From: Octopus vulgaris
Taxonomy: Eukaryota
Assembly (NCBI GenBank): GCA_951406725.2
Contig: OX597815.1
Span: 163,556,001 to 163,620,000 of the forward strand
Length of the DNA: 64,000 bases
Reading direction: 5' to 3'
This document shows, piece by piece, positions 36,941 through 51,177 of this stretch. The translations under genes were made by a program, and so were the position numbers. Numbering within the stretch: position 1 is the first letter of the stretch; each line of letters opens with the position of its first letter. The notes beneath the pieces were generated by a model, which saw only the letters and a program-made list of their open reading frames with translations, did no database searches and was not told the origin of the DNA.

Positions 36941-38439
36941 CAGAAAGCACTATTTTAATGGCTGACAAGCAAGGCAAGCTTGTTTTGACTCTCATTTCTA
37001 GCAATACTACTGCTGATTAATGCCCTTTGTCGATTTCGTGACGTATATATTTCTTTTAGGTTGTAAAATTGTGAATTAGCCACCCATATTATTTATAATC
37101 TTCACTTCTACCGTTCATGAAATCAACGTGTGATTTCAACGGAAGTCATCTATGATATGGCTATATCTATAGCGATAGAGAGCTTGAATCGCTTGTCAGT
37201 CATTAAGATAGTGCTTTCTGTGGCTACTAAGTTGTTTTGACTCTTATTTCTAGTACAGGAACTGAATACAGATAACAATGAACGCTATCTTGTACGTGGT
37301 GTATGTGGCAAATGTATGTGGAGCGGATGAGGATACCTACCACCTTATTTTTTTCTTATCACTTCAGAGTCAGAGAAGCATAAAAAAACTTAAATGGTAA
37401 TAAATTGAATTTAATTAGTGACTCATTCTAGTTCTAAGATAGGGCAGTTATTTTGTCGTAGAAGAAGGAAAGCAATTTGAATCTTTAAAAGAAACAAGGA
37501 AATAGTCGATACGTACTGAAATGGTCAGTCTTAAGTCACTTATTACTTCATTATCTCTTAAAATTTTATTTTACTCTTCATTTTTTTTTCTTCAATAATA
37601 TTTTATTTATCATAATATGACCGGCTCAGTGGTTAGACACTTTATTTAACATTGCTCCAGTTTACTCATCTGTAGAAAATGATTGCGACGTTACTGGTGC
37701 CAAGCTGTATCGGCTTTGCCTTTACCTTGGATATCATCGGTGAGGTGGAGAGGGGAAGCTGATATACATGGATGACTACTTGTCTTCCATAAACAACCTT
37801 GCCCGGACTTGTGCCTCGGAGGGTAACATTTTTGGTGCAATCTCATGGTCTTTAACGTATTTTAGATACAATACAAACTTATAGTCAACCCGACTCTTAT
37901 ATTACCTATGGCTCTTTTTCTTCATTTATATATTTTGTATTTTGATTGTAATTATATTTTGTCTGTCACTATATCTATGGTTATAGTTTTATCTGAAAGA
38001 TGTTCATAATCGCACATCATTCTGGGTATACATTATCAAAGTGAGTGAAATAGAGCGAGGATCTAATAAAGAATTTATTCAAATGATTACCTGAGGAGGC
38101 GTATTCTACACCTTTTATATAAGATAATGATTGTACGTATCACCAATGTATTACAGGTAAAAGAATGTGTTGAAACATTTGTAGCGATTTTAAATAAAGA
38201 ATATCGTTAATTCAATTTTCTTTTATTTATCTATTTACGCATATACACATATGTATATATAGAACAAAAAAACGAACCAATAGAAGTAGGGAGCCAGTGG
38301 AATGAATTAAGACAACAAAGACAAATAAAGATATATTAAATTCGAAACGGGATAAATTCTTGAAATAAGGGGGGACAAATGACTCGTTGTCGACATAGCA
38401 TTTGCCCACACGATCACGATCACGCGCATACATGGGTGT

Positions 38440-38555
38440 TCCACGCAGAAGCCTCTCGGGCTCGAGAAATTAAATACCGGTGAAACACAGGGGACGATGT
38501 AATCGACTACTCCCCTCCCCACAAATTTCAAGCCTTGTGCCTTTAGTAGAAAAGG

Positions 38556-38609
<54 letters not shown>

Positions 38610-39270
38610 GTTTTTGTTTTTGTTGTTGTTCAGGTGGTGAGCTGGTGGAATCATAAGTGTGCCGGGCGAAATGCTTGGCGGTATTTCGTCTGTTTTCACA
38701 TTCTGAGTTCAAATTTCGCCGAGGTCGATTTTGCCTTTCATCATTTCGGGTCGATGAAATAAGTACCAGATGTGTACTGGGGTCGATGTAATCGACTTCC
38801 CCCTCCTCCAAATTTCAGGTCTTGTACCTATAGAAGAAAGGATTATTGTTAGTATTATTGTTGTGATGAGGCAGCGAGCTGGCAGAATCGTTAGCGCGTA
38901 GAGCAAAATGCTTAGCGGTATTTCGTCTGCCGTTACGTTCTGAGTTCAAATTCCGCCGAGGTCGACTTTGCCTTTCATCCTTTCGGGTTCGATTAAATAA
39001 GTACCAGTTACGCACTGGGGTCGATGTAATCGACTTAATCCGTTTGTCTGCCCTTGTTTATCCTCTCTGTGTTTAGCCCCTTGTGGGTAGTAAAGAAACA
39101 GGTATTTCGTCCGTCTTTACATCCTGAGTTCAAAATTCGCTGAGGTCGACTTTGCCTTTCATTCTTTCAGACTCAATAAATTAGATACCAGTAAAACACT
39201 GGGGTCGATGTAATCGACTTGTCACCTCCCTCTAAATTTCAGGCCTTGTGCCTTTTGTAGGAAGGATTAT
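38440..39270 (+). mobile_element. Array of SINE family A copies separated by (TTA)n/(TTG)n
   Basis: Heads at 38632 and 38869; internal restart at 39101. Confidence 0.88.
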
Positions 39271-40072
39271 TATCATAATTGTTGTTGTTGATGTTATTAT
39301 TTTAAGAGAAAAATGGAAACAAAAAATATGTACTTTTAATATGTAAATAAGCATTTCATGATTTGAATATTTTTTTCCTGTTAATAAATTCCAATGTCTA
39401 TGTGTTTAAAAGGCAAATTATATTTATATCTACCGAGAAATATATTTAACTGCAAAGACGAATAGAAAGAATTAGTTAATTACAATTTTGATAATGTCTC
39501 TCAATGATATTGTAAGCAAAGAAAAAAAGTAAGAAAATATCCATAGAAATTGTAAGACAGAATGAAATGAGAAAGAAATAAACGCGATGTTTTTATTCGT
39601 ATATATGTACCTCCATGTTTGAGCGATTGTCTATCTCCGTGTGCATGCGTGTATATATGTGTTTATGTGTGTGTAGGCGTGATATAAGAACTAGTTCAAG
39701 TAATAATGTATATGCACAAGTAGAAGAACACCTAACTGTAAACAAACAAACAAAAAAAAGCATAGTAACATTTTTGGAGCACAGAAAAATCCCTGCGCCA
39801 TCGTCCGCACCCTCAATGTACACAAGTACATATATATATATATATATATGCACACAAACTTGCGTAAATACATTCGTACACTCACATACCCACATAGAAA
39901 CATATATATGTGTGTGTGTGTATCACACATACACGTGCATACATTGTGTATATGCATACACAATTCTACGCATGTCATACCCACCCACACACACACAGAC
40001 ACACACACACAGACACACACACATATATATATATATATAAAATACATCCAACCACGTGCTTTGACATGCCAA

Positions 40073-40118
<46 letters not shown>

Positions 40119-41273
40119 CATACATACATACATACATACATACATACACATATATAAGATACACAATTACAGAAATTATATAAATATAAACATTTATACA
40201 TACAATCATACATACATATATATTTATGTTTGTATGTATGTATGTATCAGTATTTCTGGCAAAACCCCAATTTGTTTTCAACATTTGAAAATTTGTACAG
40301 ATACTATTTGTATTTTAGTAGAAATCACACTCAAGCAGTAGGAAACTAATTGGATGTGACCAGGAAATCGTGCGAGGCCAGCTTCTCGCCTTCTAAACTA
40401 CTCTTGTGCTAAAAAGGGGTGAATTATATATGATGCATAATATGCGATTGCACGATTGCCGTCAATCGCGAACAGTTCTTATCACCATTCAATATGGAAC
40501 GTACATACATACATATATACATTCATACATATATATATAAATACATGGTGCGTGACTAATACACACATAGATGCATGCGTAAATGCATATGTATATGTAT
40601 ACACGCACATACATACATACACGCATACATACATACATATATGCATACATACACACACACTGTCTCACACACACCTATATGTAAAAATACATTGATGCAT
40701 ATATATTCATACACGCACATAGTGATGATAGAAAGGTCGAAAGAGATATAGGGAGAGAGAGAGAGAGAAATGGATGGAGATCATACAGATCTTATCAAAT
40801 ACTTCAGACGCACGATGAATTCCTGAGGTAGTAAGACGTGTGATAGCTTATTACTGCTGACCCACTCACCGTTTCAAATCTTGGCGCTATTTAATTTGTT
40901 CGGGGTCGATAAAATAAAGTACCAGCCAAGTACAGCAATCGATATAATCTTTTGTAATATTTTCACCCTTCTACAAAAAAAAAAAAAAATTGTAGCCTTG
41001 TGCCTCGGTTACAAATCAGTATCATATATATGACACCAACTGCAACCTATTCTTGTTATGCTACTTCTAATTTGTGTGTGTATGCATGCACAAAGTTGGT
41101 GCTCATTTTTTTCATACATGGCCAAGTATATCGACACTCACCTTTTTCTAATTTTCTCTGAGATGATACGTTTCGTGATATCTGATAATATTGTAAGAAA
41201 ATATTAAAAAAACAAGTTTTCCTACTTTGTAACATTTGTTTCAATTTTCTGGGGGATTATTACGTGATTGAAA

Positions 41274-41311
41274 TCTATCTGTCTATCCATCTATCTGTCT
41301 ATCTATCTATA

Positions 41312-41388
<77 letters not shown>

Positions 41389-41399
41389 GCCTGTCTGCC

Positions 41400-41451
<52 letters not shown>

Positions 41452-41478
41452 CGTCCGTCCGTCCGTCTGCCTGCCTGT
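41274..41478. repeat. (TCTA)/(TCTG)/(TCCG) compound microsatellite
   Basis: Direct inspection. Confidence 0.95.
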
Positions 41479-41579
41479 CGATCTTTTCGCCTGCCCTTGT
41501 ACCTCTTTGTATACACGTATGCACACACATATGTACATATGCATACATATATTTCAAAATATATATAAACACGGACACA

Positions 41580-41760
41580 AGATGCTTGGCAGCTGTTCGT
41601 CCGCCTTTAAGTTCTGAGTTCAATTTCCACCGGGGCCCCGACTTTGTCTTTCATCCTTTCGGGGTCGATAAAATAAGTATCAATTGAGCACTGGGATCCA
41701 CATAATCGAATTAGTCCCTTCCTCTAAACTGCTGGCCTTGCGTCAAGATTAGAAACCAAT
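41580..41760 (+). mobile_element. SINE family A partial
   Basis: tttcatcctttcggggtcgataaaataagt core. Confidence 0.75.
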
Positions 41761-42224
41761 ATCTATATAAGCACACACGCATACACTAAACCACAGACAA
41801 ACATATACCACGCATTAGATCTCAGCGACTAAACTTGCTGTTTTTGTTACAGGCCAAATTAATTACTACATTACATACACATTGGCTCCAACCAGTCTAG
41901 GAACGTAATCAACAATGTAGTACTTATTTGGTACTCTTGTAGGCTGTTTATTTCTTTCTACAAATAGATAAATATTCACTGATGAAGTATTTTACAAGAA
42001 CGACCTCTCAAAAGTGGATATAAAGAAAATTCCTTAACATAGACCTCACTGCTAGAGTACACAAACATGCAGAAATAGAAAATGAACTCTTACGCATGTT
42101 ACTTCTCCATTTGACATTAATGTGATTACACATATCAAAAACTTTTTTAATTGACTTGGGAAACATTTTCTCTTACAACGTAAGTACTATATCATATTTT
42201 GAAACTAGAGGCACAATACCTCCA

Positions 42225-42405
42225 TTTGGGAGGGAGGGCTAGTCAATTACATCGACTCCAGTGTTCAACTGGTATTGAATTTATCGATCCCGAAAGATGA
42301 AAGGCAAACTCGACATCGGCAGAAATTTGATCTGAGAACATCACGCTGGAAGGAATGCTGCTAAGCATTTTGCCTGGCGCGTTAACGATTCTGCTAACTC
42401 GCCAT
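42225..42405 (-). mobile_element. SINE family A decayed
   Basis: Reverse-complement similarity to family A. Confidence 0.75.
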
Positions 42406-43039
42406 TAAAATTTCATATTTAACTTTTCCTAAATTTCACCAGAATTTAGTCTCGTGTAATCTTTACAAACTCAGTGAAAACAATAACCACACTGCAATGA
42501 AACCTTGCAGCAACACCATCACTAATATGGACACTTTCACTAACAATATGAAAATCGTATTCACCAAAGAATCATTGATGACATTCCAGTGCAGATACTA
42601 TTATGATTTTCTTATTTGCCTTACTTTTTTATCCATTAATATAATCAATCATTTATTATTTATTCAGTTACATCGCGAACACGAACTCATCTGTTTTTCG
42701 ATTTTGTTACTTTTATTCCTATCTATACATAAGCGTATACACACCCCTACATATACGTATTTGTAGGTCTCCGCAGGGTGAGTAGTTATAAATGTTTGTA
42801 CATATATATATGCAATTATGTGGGTTTTATATTCACGTCTATTAGACATGTATCTATTTTGGACATCTCTGAATTCTGTCGTATATCCGAAAAGCTTTCC
42901 ATGTCATAAAAATCTATACCGTTTATTGTATATTTATTTTTTATATTGTTTTTGCTTTTTCGTTTTATATATTTTCCCGGCCTCTTCATTAGTTGTCCTT
43001 TTTAACCTTCGGTCTAAATCCTTCATCTTTTATTTCTTT

Positions 43040-43720
43040 TATTGAACCTAAATTTATTCGTCCGTGTTCATGCTTGTCTTTCATGTCTGCTCATTTATAC
43101 ACCAAATTCCATACCCATATATTTGCTGAGGAGTTTTACAGTTTGTATTAAAGAATCTATCTATTTTATTCGTACTAGAAAGCTTCAGACCTTACATGAG
43201 GAGCAAATGGTTAAGTTTTCCTTTACTATCTCTCAACTGATACCCTGACTTTGACTTTCTGAATACTAATGTGAGGGGGGATAAACACAACACAAATATT
43301 AAAGGGTATAATGACTCTCCATGGAAAATTCCTCTCTTGATATTAACTTTCCCTAAGACTGTGTCACCCGAGTAAGATCTACTTACCATTTCTTCATCCT
43401 ATAGCTAATTAAACTCCCTTATGTTGTCTGCAATACTAAATATTGTCAATATTTACTTATACATGAGTGTGGAATCGTGTCATAGGCTTTGTTATAATCT
43501 ATCCGTACTATCGTTAAACTATTCTTTCTAGATTTCACTTCTCTTAGAACGGCTTTGTCTATGATTAATAGCTTATGCACTCCTCTTGCCTTATTCCCGC
43601 AGCCTTTCGACTCTTCTGGCATCAAAAGATTTGGATTGTCAATGTCCTCATAAATGCTTTCTGAGAGGATTCCTCTTATGAACTTCCACACTAATTGTAA
43701 GCAAGTGATTAGTTGAAAGG
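43040..43720 (-). pseudogene. Decayed non-LTR retrotransposon RT fragment (R4/Dong-like)
   Basis: LLIIDKAVLREVKSRKNSLTIVRIDYNKAYDTIPHS and IKRGIFHGESLYPLIFVLCLSPL...LNHLLLM correspond to RT motifs 2-5. Confidence 0.85.
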
Positions 43721-43744
43721 ATTATTGTTGTTGTTGTTGTTATC

Positions 43745-43805
<61 letters not shown>

Positions 43806-43806
<1 letters not shown>

Positions 43807-46316
43807 GGAAGACGTCGCATAAAACCCAACATCGTGATGTTGTAGATTGAAGATATTTGTGTACCGGGGAGTTGTACTGTTTGTGATGTCACAACAAGAA
43901 ACTCAGACAGATAATACTTTACGTAGTATGCGTGCAGTTTCAAATAAAGCCTATTTGTGCAATACATCAAGATTGTCTACATCATCAATCCGGCTTCGAA
44001 GTATATACTGTCCATGCGGAGGCCTCTGGATCGACCGATCCCCAATATGTTTCTGTCTGTTCTGTTTTGCAGTCTATTTGATCCGTTTTGTTTGTTTGGT
44101 GGCAGTGGTTTCGGGTTCTTCACCTAATTCAGGGTTAATGCCGAGTCCGTCGCGAATTTGTAAGCTTCCTTCACAATAGAATGTGAATTTCTACTGCTTT
44201 CGTGTTTGCACACAAGCCGCAGCATCCAATACTCTGTACCAGATAAGTACTTGTTCATTGTTATTATAGAGGTCTTATAGCACAGTTCTACCTTCATCAT
44301 TCTTCTTCACCATTACTTCTAGGTAGGTACAGATGATCAACGACTGCTTTTGGGTGGTGCATGTTCTTAGATGTTTGTAGTTTTCTTGTTTTCTTGTCCA
44401 GGAGTTGGAGCTCTGTAAGACTTCAGTTAATGATATTAAAACTGTATTGGACTACTGGAAGTGCCAGGGTGTTAATGGCTTCGATGTGATTTTTGGTGTT
44501 CAGTTTTTAGTATGAGTCTTACTCTCCTGTAATACTCCGTTCTTATTTTTTCCTTCATAATAGCATGTTGTATACTCTCTACTTCGTTTATCCCCAGGTA
44601 TTTATAGCTTTCTCGTGGGTCAATCTCCTTGATGACATTGTCGGTATCTAATTAAATGGAAGATGTTTGTTCGAGCTTGCCTCTTACAAAAGTTGCTTTA
44701 GCACACTTATCAAGGCCAAAATCCACCCCGAAGACTTTGTAGCGTTTACATATTTTCCTATGTAACTACGCTGAACTATTTAACAGTTGTTAACAGCCCT
44801 AGCAGCTCTTCGTCATTTCTAGCAAATAGATTCAGGTCGTCCAAAAAAAAAAAACAGATGGTATACTATAATATTATACACTTTGAACCCATAACTGGTG
44901 TTACTCAGTTCGCTTGAGAGTGGGATCAGGGCGATGCAAAAGAATAATGAGGAGAGGGTGTCACCTTGAGAGATGCCTCATTTGATGTTGATGTTAGATT
45001 GGCTCATCCCATTACTATGGTGTAGAAGGAGCCGCGTATTTCACTTGGTCATGCTACCTTGTAAGAATTTGGAGACATATCTCAAGGGCCTTGAGTAACC
45101 GATTATGTGGGATAATATCAGATGCTTTCCTCTAGTCTATCCATGCCATACTCAGGTTCTTCTTTTTGCACAAGCAATTCTCTACAATTATTTTATTTAT
45201 GAGTAATTGATGTTTGCATCAATAAAAATTCCTTTTACAAACATTTTGAGCTTGTGGAATGGAGTTATGTTCAAGGAAAGTGTATATTATTTCAGTTAGT
45301 ATCGATGTGAGGATCTTGTAGGTGGTGTTGTGACATGTTATTGGTCGGTAGTTCTTCGTGACTTCAGTTTTTGGAAGAAGGTATGCTGTTCCTTCGGTCA
45401 ACCAGGCAGTTATTTGCCCTGAGCTCTGGATGACATCGGCTATGGATGCAGCAAAATGTTGGTAAACCCCTGTCAAACAATTCAGCCAGAAGTTAAGGAT
45501 CCGTTCCAGTCCAATGCTTTCCATTTGTAAGACTTCTTCTACACCTATTGCTCTTCAACTTCATCCACTGTGGATGCACATGTCCTAGTGGTTAGAGCAG
45601 CGGACTCGCGGTCGAGGGATCGTGGGTTCGAATCTCAGACCGGGCGATGTATGTGTTTATGAGCGAAACACCTAAGCTCCACGCGGCTCCGGCTGAAGGT
45701 AATGGCGAACCACTGCTGACTCTTTCGCCACAACTTTCTCTCACTCTTTCCTCCTGCATTTTGCAGTTCACCTGCGACAGACCGGCGTCCCGTTCAAGTG
45801 GGGAACCTATACGCCAAGGAAACCGGGAAACCGGCCCTAATGAGCCAGGCATGCCTCGAGAAGGAACAAACTTCATCCAGTCTCCCTTTCTCACGTTCTA
45901 TCCGGTGTGCTTCTACATTATATTCTTTCTTGTTATTCCATATCTTCTTCCAGAACTCTTCCATTTCCGCAGTCTTAGGTGGTTCCTTTACTTCTATCTT
46001 GCTTTCGCCAATTTCCCTACAAAATTTCTTTGCTTCTGTCTTGAATATCTTGTTCTGTCGATAAAATTTGATTCTTTTGTCATAACTTCTGAGACGTTGG
46101 GCTTGCAGTTGTATCCATAGTTTCACTATTTCCTTGGTTGCAGGGGAGTTTATAAAATCATTGATTTCATCTTTTTGTTCGATTTTTCTAGCGTATTTCG
46201 TCTTAACATTTACTCCCCTAGCAAGTTCTTCGAGAACTGATACATCCGCCCTCAAAAATTAGATCTGTTTTTGTATTGCTACTTTCCACTTAGGAAGTCC
46301 TTTTCTGTGTCGTTTT
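43806..46316 (-). mobile_element. Decayed R4/Dong-like (RLE-type) LINE inserted in a (TTA)n array
   Basis: WLTEGTAYLLPK, NYRPITCHNTTYKILTSIL, FGLDKCAK, YKYLGINE, EYYRRVRLILKTE and C-terminal LFETARILRKVLS. (TTA)n on both flanks (43747-43805, 46317-46392). Dong/R4 targeting of TAA repeats is established. Confidence 0.85.
45570..45868 (+). mobile_element. SINE family C variant inserted in the LINE, with TSD
   Basis: Flanked by aacttcatcca(c/g)t; reverse complement matches ~24725-25019. Confidence 0.9.
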
Positions 46317-46326
46317 ATTATTATTA

Positions 46327-46393
<67 letters not shown>

Positions 46394-46465
46394 CATTATT
46401 ATCCTCTTCGTCATTATCATCCTCATCATCACTATCATTATTATTGTTGTTGTTGTTATCAAGTC

Positions 46466-46672
46466 GGTGAGCTGGCAGAAGCGTTAGCACACCTGGTAAA
46501 ATGTTTAGTTGTATTGCGTCCGTCTTTACTTCTGGAGTTCAAATTCCACCGAGGTTGGCTTTACCTGTCATCGCTTTTGGGCTCGATAGAATAAGTACCA
46601 GTTGATGATCGGGGTCGACGTTATCGAGTTATCAACTTCCCTGAAATTGGTGGTCAAAGTTTTTGAAACCAT
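46466..46672 (+). mobile_element. SINE family A decayed
   Basis: cggtgagctggcagaagcgttagc head. Confidence 0.78.
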
Positions 46673-46792
46673 AATTATTATAGTATGTACATATGTGTAT
46701 ATATGAATAGATGGATGGATGGATGCATGTATGCATCTGTATATGCCTACATATAAATGTATGCGGGTGTGTGTAAATGTTAGATATATATT

Positions 46793-46964
46793 AGGCGCAG
46801 GAGTGGCTGTGTGGTAAGTAGCTTGCTTATGAACCACATGGTTCAGGGTTCATTCCCACTGCGTGGCACCTTGGGCAAGTGTCTTCTACTATAGCCTCGG
46901 GCCGACCAAAGCCTTGTGAGTGGATTTGGTAGATGAAAACTGAAAGAAGCCCGTTGTATATATG

Positions 46965-46997
<33 letters not shown>

Positions 46998-47190
46998 TTG
47001 TCCCCCCCAACCCCCAACATCGCTTGACAACCAATGCTGGTGTGTTTACGTCCCCATAACTTAGCAGTTCAGCAAAAGAGACCGATAGAATAAGTACTAG
47101 GCTTACAAAGCATAAGTCCTGGGGTCGATTTGCTTGACTAAAGGCGGTGCTCCAGCATGGCCACAGTCAAATGACTGAAACAAGTAAATT
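46793..47190 (+). mobile_element. SINE family B full-length
   Basis: Closely similar to 22249-22670. Confidence 0.92.
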
Positions 47191-47952
47191 AAAAAAAAAT
47201 ATGGTGAAGTTCGCTTTCTAGCTAGGCGGTTTCGAATCCAGTCGCACTGTGGGACAATCTGGGTGTCTCCTAAAATTACCCAGTGCTTTGAGAGTGAACT
47301 TGATAAACGAAAACTATATGGAAACCCACTCAGTGTGTGCATGTGTGTATATATATGTATGTGAATCTGTGCATATGTATGTTTACGTGTGCATCCATTG
47401 GCAACATATTTTGTTTCATTTTCCTCACCCTAACTTAGTGATTCGACAAAAGGAATCTGATAGATTAAGTACAAGTTTTAAAATAAGTACAGGGATCGAT
47501 TTGCTCGTCTGAAAATCGCTCGACTTTGAAGGCGGCACTACAATATGGTTGCAGTCCAGTGAATGAAACTAGTAAGAGAATATATTCGTATGCTTAGCAC
47601 GTCTATGTATATGGTAGTGGAATGTGAATTTGCATATTTATGTGTAAATGACAAGTAAATATTGAAATCATTACGATTTTTTTTGAGCCGCAGAACCGAA
47701 AAATCTGTTTTAGATTCACAGATGCATATTTCCTGAATCTGCTTACAATGTGTTTTTATATGCACACACTCACACACACACACATATATATTTATATATA
47801 TTTGTATATACATATATTTGTGTAAATATATATACATACATATACATACACACACATTTATTTTTATATATATGAATATGTGTGCGCACACATGTACCTG
47901 AATGTATGTTTATATAAATGTGTGAGCATCTGAATTCGTGCAGATATGTATG

Positions 47953-48029
<77 letters not shown>

Positions 48030-48084
48030 GTGAACGTATGTACAGGATATACATTAATTAGATACATACATACATATATATATA

Positions 48085-48612
48085 CTCGGAAGAATTCATT
48101 TCATCTGACTCCCATCTTCTCCTTTCATCTCACAGCTACTTCCTCTCTTCACTCCTACCCACTTTCTCCCTTCATCGTTGCCTCCTCCATCCGCATCTCA
48201 CCCCTACACATCCCCACATCCCACCCAAACACTTCCCCACCACACCACAGCACACCACCCCGCACACACTAGCACTGACCACTTCCCAACACTCACACCA
48301 TCATCCACAAACCAGCACATTACAGACGCACACACCCACACATCCACACGTCAAAGTCACCAACCCTATCCACACGTACACACTTACACACTCTCACACG
48401 CACGCGCACCTTCGTTTTGGGATCACTAATACTTTATTATCACCCTTTCTACCCAGCTCTCTCCTATGTAACTACCTCTGTCCAGCCAGCTGAAGAGCGT
48501 AGGCTCGAAACGTGAAAGACTTTCTCACCTTCCCGAGCGTTTAAGTAATACACCTGTTTGTTGTTTATACACCTGTCTTCGTCTTTTGTTTTTCTGTAAA
48601 TTTCAACTATTT
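48085..48612 (+). mobile_element. PLE-type 3' UTR/pLTR remnant with hammerhead-like motif
   Basis: C/A-rich tract, then ctgaagagcgtaggctcgaaacgtgaaagac. The downstream ~80 bp is shared with 55742-55820. Confidence 0.6.
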
Positions 48613-49119
48613 AGATATAAATACATACTTAAAAATAGATGCGTGGCATTCAAATAAATGATAATATAAATAATATATATATATATATGCATGGGCTGTT
48701 CGGGTCTAGCCCGAGTATAAATCTAGTAAAGTGAAAGTGTATTTCAAACTGATTTAATTTTTGCGAAAACTGATTTCAAATACGTAATTGGAGCCAATAA
48801 CTCGAGCTCTTTTTATTGAGCTTGGTCGCAGTTAATTTATTTTCGTTCAGCGTCTGGCGGTCGTCTTAGAGGTGCCCTGTGTCAAAAAATATCATTCGTA
48901 GCAGACGTTCTCAGGACATCGTTTACACGCCGCCTGAACTCGGGCTCAGAAGTTACAGCTCGAGTCGTTATCTATAATTGTAAAAATCCAAAAACCTAAT
49001 ATATATATATATATAAGTAATTCAGAAGTAATATTTTCTTGAAACAATAAATCTCTATAGAGATTAAGATTTAAATTCCAATCTATGAAAAGTTTCCGTT
49101 CTATAATATTCTTAAGGGA

Positions 49120-49705
49120 ACGAAATAAGTACCAGTTGAACATCGGTGTTGATGTTAGCGGTTGGCCCCTATCCGGAAAATTCAGGCCTTGAGCCTCTAG
49201 AGGAAAGGAGTATTTACACTTTTCATCCTTATAGTTTTAATATGTTATAAATCGTTTAAGATGGTGAGCTGGCAGAATCGTTAGCACGCCGAGCAAAATG
49301 CTAAGCGTCATTTCATCTGTCTTTATTTCTGAGTTCAAATTCCGCTGAGGTCGACTTTGCCTTTCATCTTTTCGGGGTTTATAAAATAAGTACCAGTTCA
49401 GCACTGGGGGTCAATATAATTAACTTACCCCACATTTGAAATTGCTGGCCTTGTGCCAAAATTTGAAACCAATATGTATGCTTGCTCATACGGCGGCGAC
49501 TTGGCAGAACTGTTAGCACGCCGAGCAAAAAGCTTGGCCGCATTTCGTATGTCTTTACGTTCTGAGTTCAAATTCCATTGAAGTCGACTTTGCCTTTGAT
49601 GCTTTTGGGGTTGATGAATTAAGTACCAGTTGAGCACTGGGATCGATGTGATCGACTTAGCCCCTTCCCGGAAATTGCTAGACTTCTGCCACAATTTGAA
49701 ACTAA
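49120..49705 (+). mobile_element. Three tandem SINE family A copies
   Basis: Partial copy at 49120; heads at ~49260 and 49492. Confidence 0.85.
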
Positions 49706-49902
49706 TATGCTATAAATCATTTTTAATAGCGTGTTGAATTTAATTGAATTTAAAAGTCTACCTGAGTGGAAAAATTCGAAGTCAAGTGAGAGTGGAACCC
49801 ACGCGCTCCGTAAATATCATAGACATTCAACCAATGTATCAAAGCAATCCTTCAAATTTCTCCACCCATTTTCGAAGGTTTCTTCCAATCAACAACATGT
49901 AT

Positions 49903-50280
49903 GTGATAGGAAGTTTGCTTCTCAACCATATGGTTCCGGGTTCAGTTCCACAGCACGGCATCTGCTGCTATAGCATCCGGCCGACCAAGGCCTTATGGGT
50001 GGATTTCGAAGACAGAAACTGAGAGAATATCGTCGTATGTATGTATATATGTCTCTACGTGAGTGTGTCTTTGTATCTACGTTTATCCCTACCCCGCCGC
50101 CACCTCTTGCTGTTGTGTTTACATTCCCATAACTTAGTAGTTCGGTCAAAAAGAGACGGATAAAATAAGTACCAGGCCTTAAAAAATAAATACTGGGGTC
50201 GATATATTCCACTAAAAATTCTTCAAGGCAGTGCTCCAGCATGGCCACAGTGTAATGATTAAAACAAAAGATAAAAGATG
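49903..50280 (+). mobile_element. SINE family B decayed
   Basis: Similarity to other B copies. Confidence 0.8.
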
Positions 50281-50386
50281 AAAAGTACAATTCTTTTCTT
50301 AATTATGTCGAAATATATAAAATTATCTTAGTGAGAGGGAGCACAAAGCAGTAATAAGTAAACTCTTAATGTTATCAGTACGAACA

Positions 50387-50935
50387 TTCCTATATCACTC
50401 GCAGCGCCATCTACCCAGACTCCCTATATCAGCTCGCAGCGCCACCTACCCATAATTTCTATATCAGCTCGCAGCGCCACCTACGCAGACTTCCTATATC
50501 AGCTCGCAGCGCCACCTATCCAGACTTTCTATATCAGCTCGCAGGACCATCTACGCAGATTTCCTATATCAGCTTGCAGTGTCACCTACCCAGACTCCCT
50601 ATATCAGCTCACAGTGCCACCTACCCAGACTCCCTATATCAGCTTGCAGTGCCACCTACCCAGACTCCCTATATCAGCTCGCAGCGCCACCTACCCAGAC
50701 TCCCTATATCAGCTCGCAGTGCCACCTACCCAGACTCCCTATATCAGCTCGCTGTGCCACCTACCCAAACTTCCTATATCACCTCACAGAACCACCTACC
50801 CAGACTTCCTATATCACCTCGCAGCACCACCTACCCAAACTTCCTATATCAGCTCGCAGCGCCACCTACCCAGACTTCCTATATCAGCTCACAGCGCCAT
50901 CTACCCCGATTTCCTATATCAGCTCGCAGTATCAC
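50387..50935. repeat. Minisatellite, 35-bp unit (CCCTATATCAGCTCGCAGCGCCACCTACCCAGACT), ~16 copies
   Basis: Period 35 visible (tatatc at 50425, 50460, 50495...). Confidence 0.95.
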
Positions 50936-51055
50936 CTTCACACCATTTGTCAACAAACAGTATATATTTCTCGTGACAAAACGCAGTGAGTGGCATGTCC
51001 GCCGGTTCGAACGTGAAACAAGCATATTCAGACTGCTAAAAACATTACAAAAAAC

Positions 51056-51177
51056 TTCTTAGCTCCATGTTGCCTTCTGAGCTCCATGTTGCCTTCTGAG
51101 CGCCATGTTGCCTTCTGAGCTCCATGTTGCCTTCTTAGCTCCATGTTGCCAGCAATCCTCTTAGCTCCATTTTGCCT
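51056..51177. repeat. Minisatellite, 19-bp unit (GAGCTCCATGTTGCCTTCT), ~6 copies
   Basis: Direct inspection. Confidence 0.92.

Noticed and set aside
50387-50935. CRISPR-like array
   Set aside because: Contiguous tandem units without unique spacers, in a eukaryotic context.
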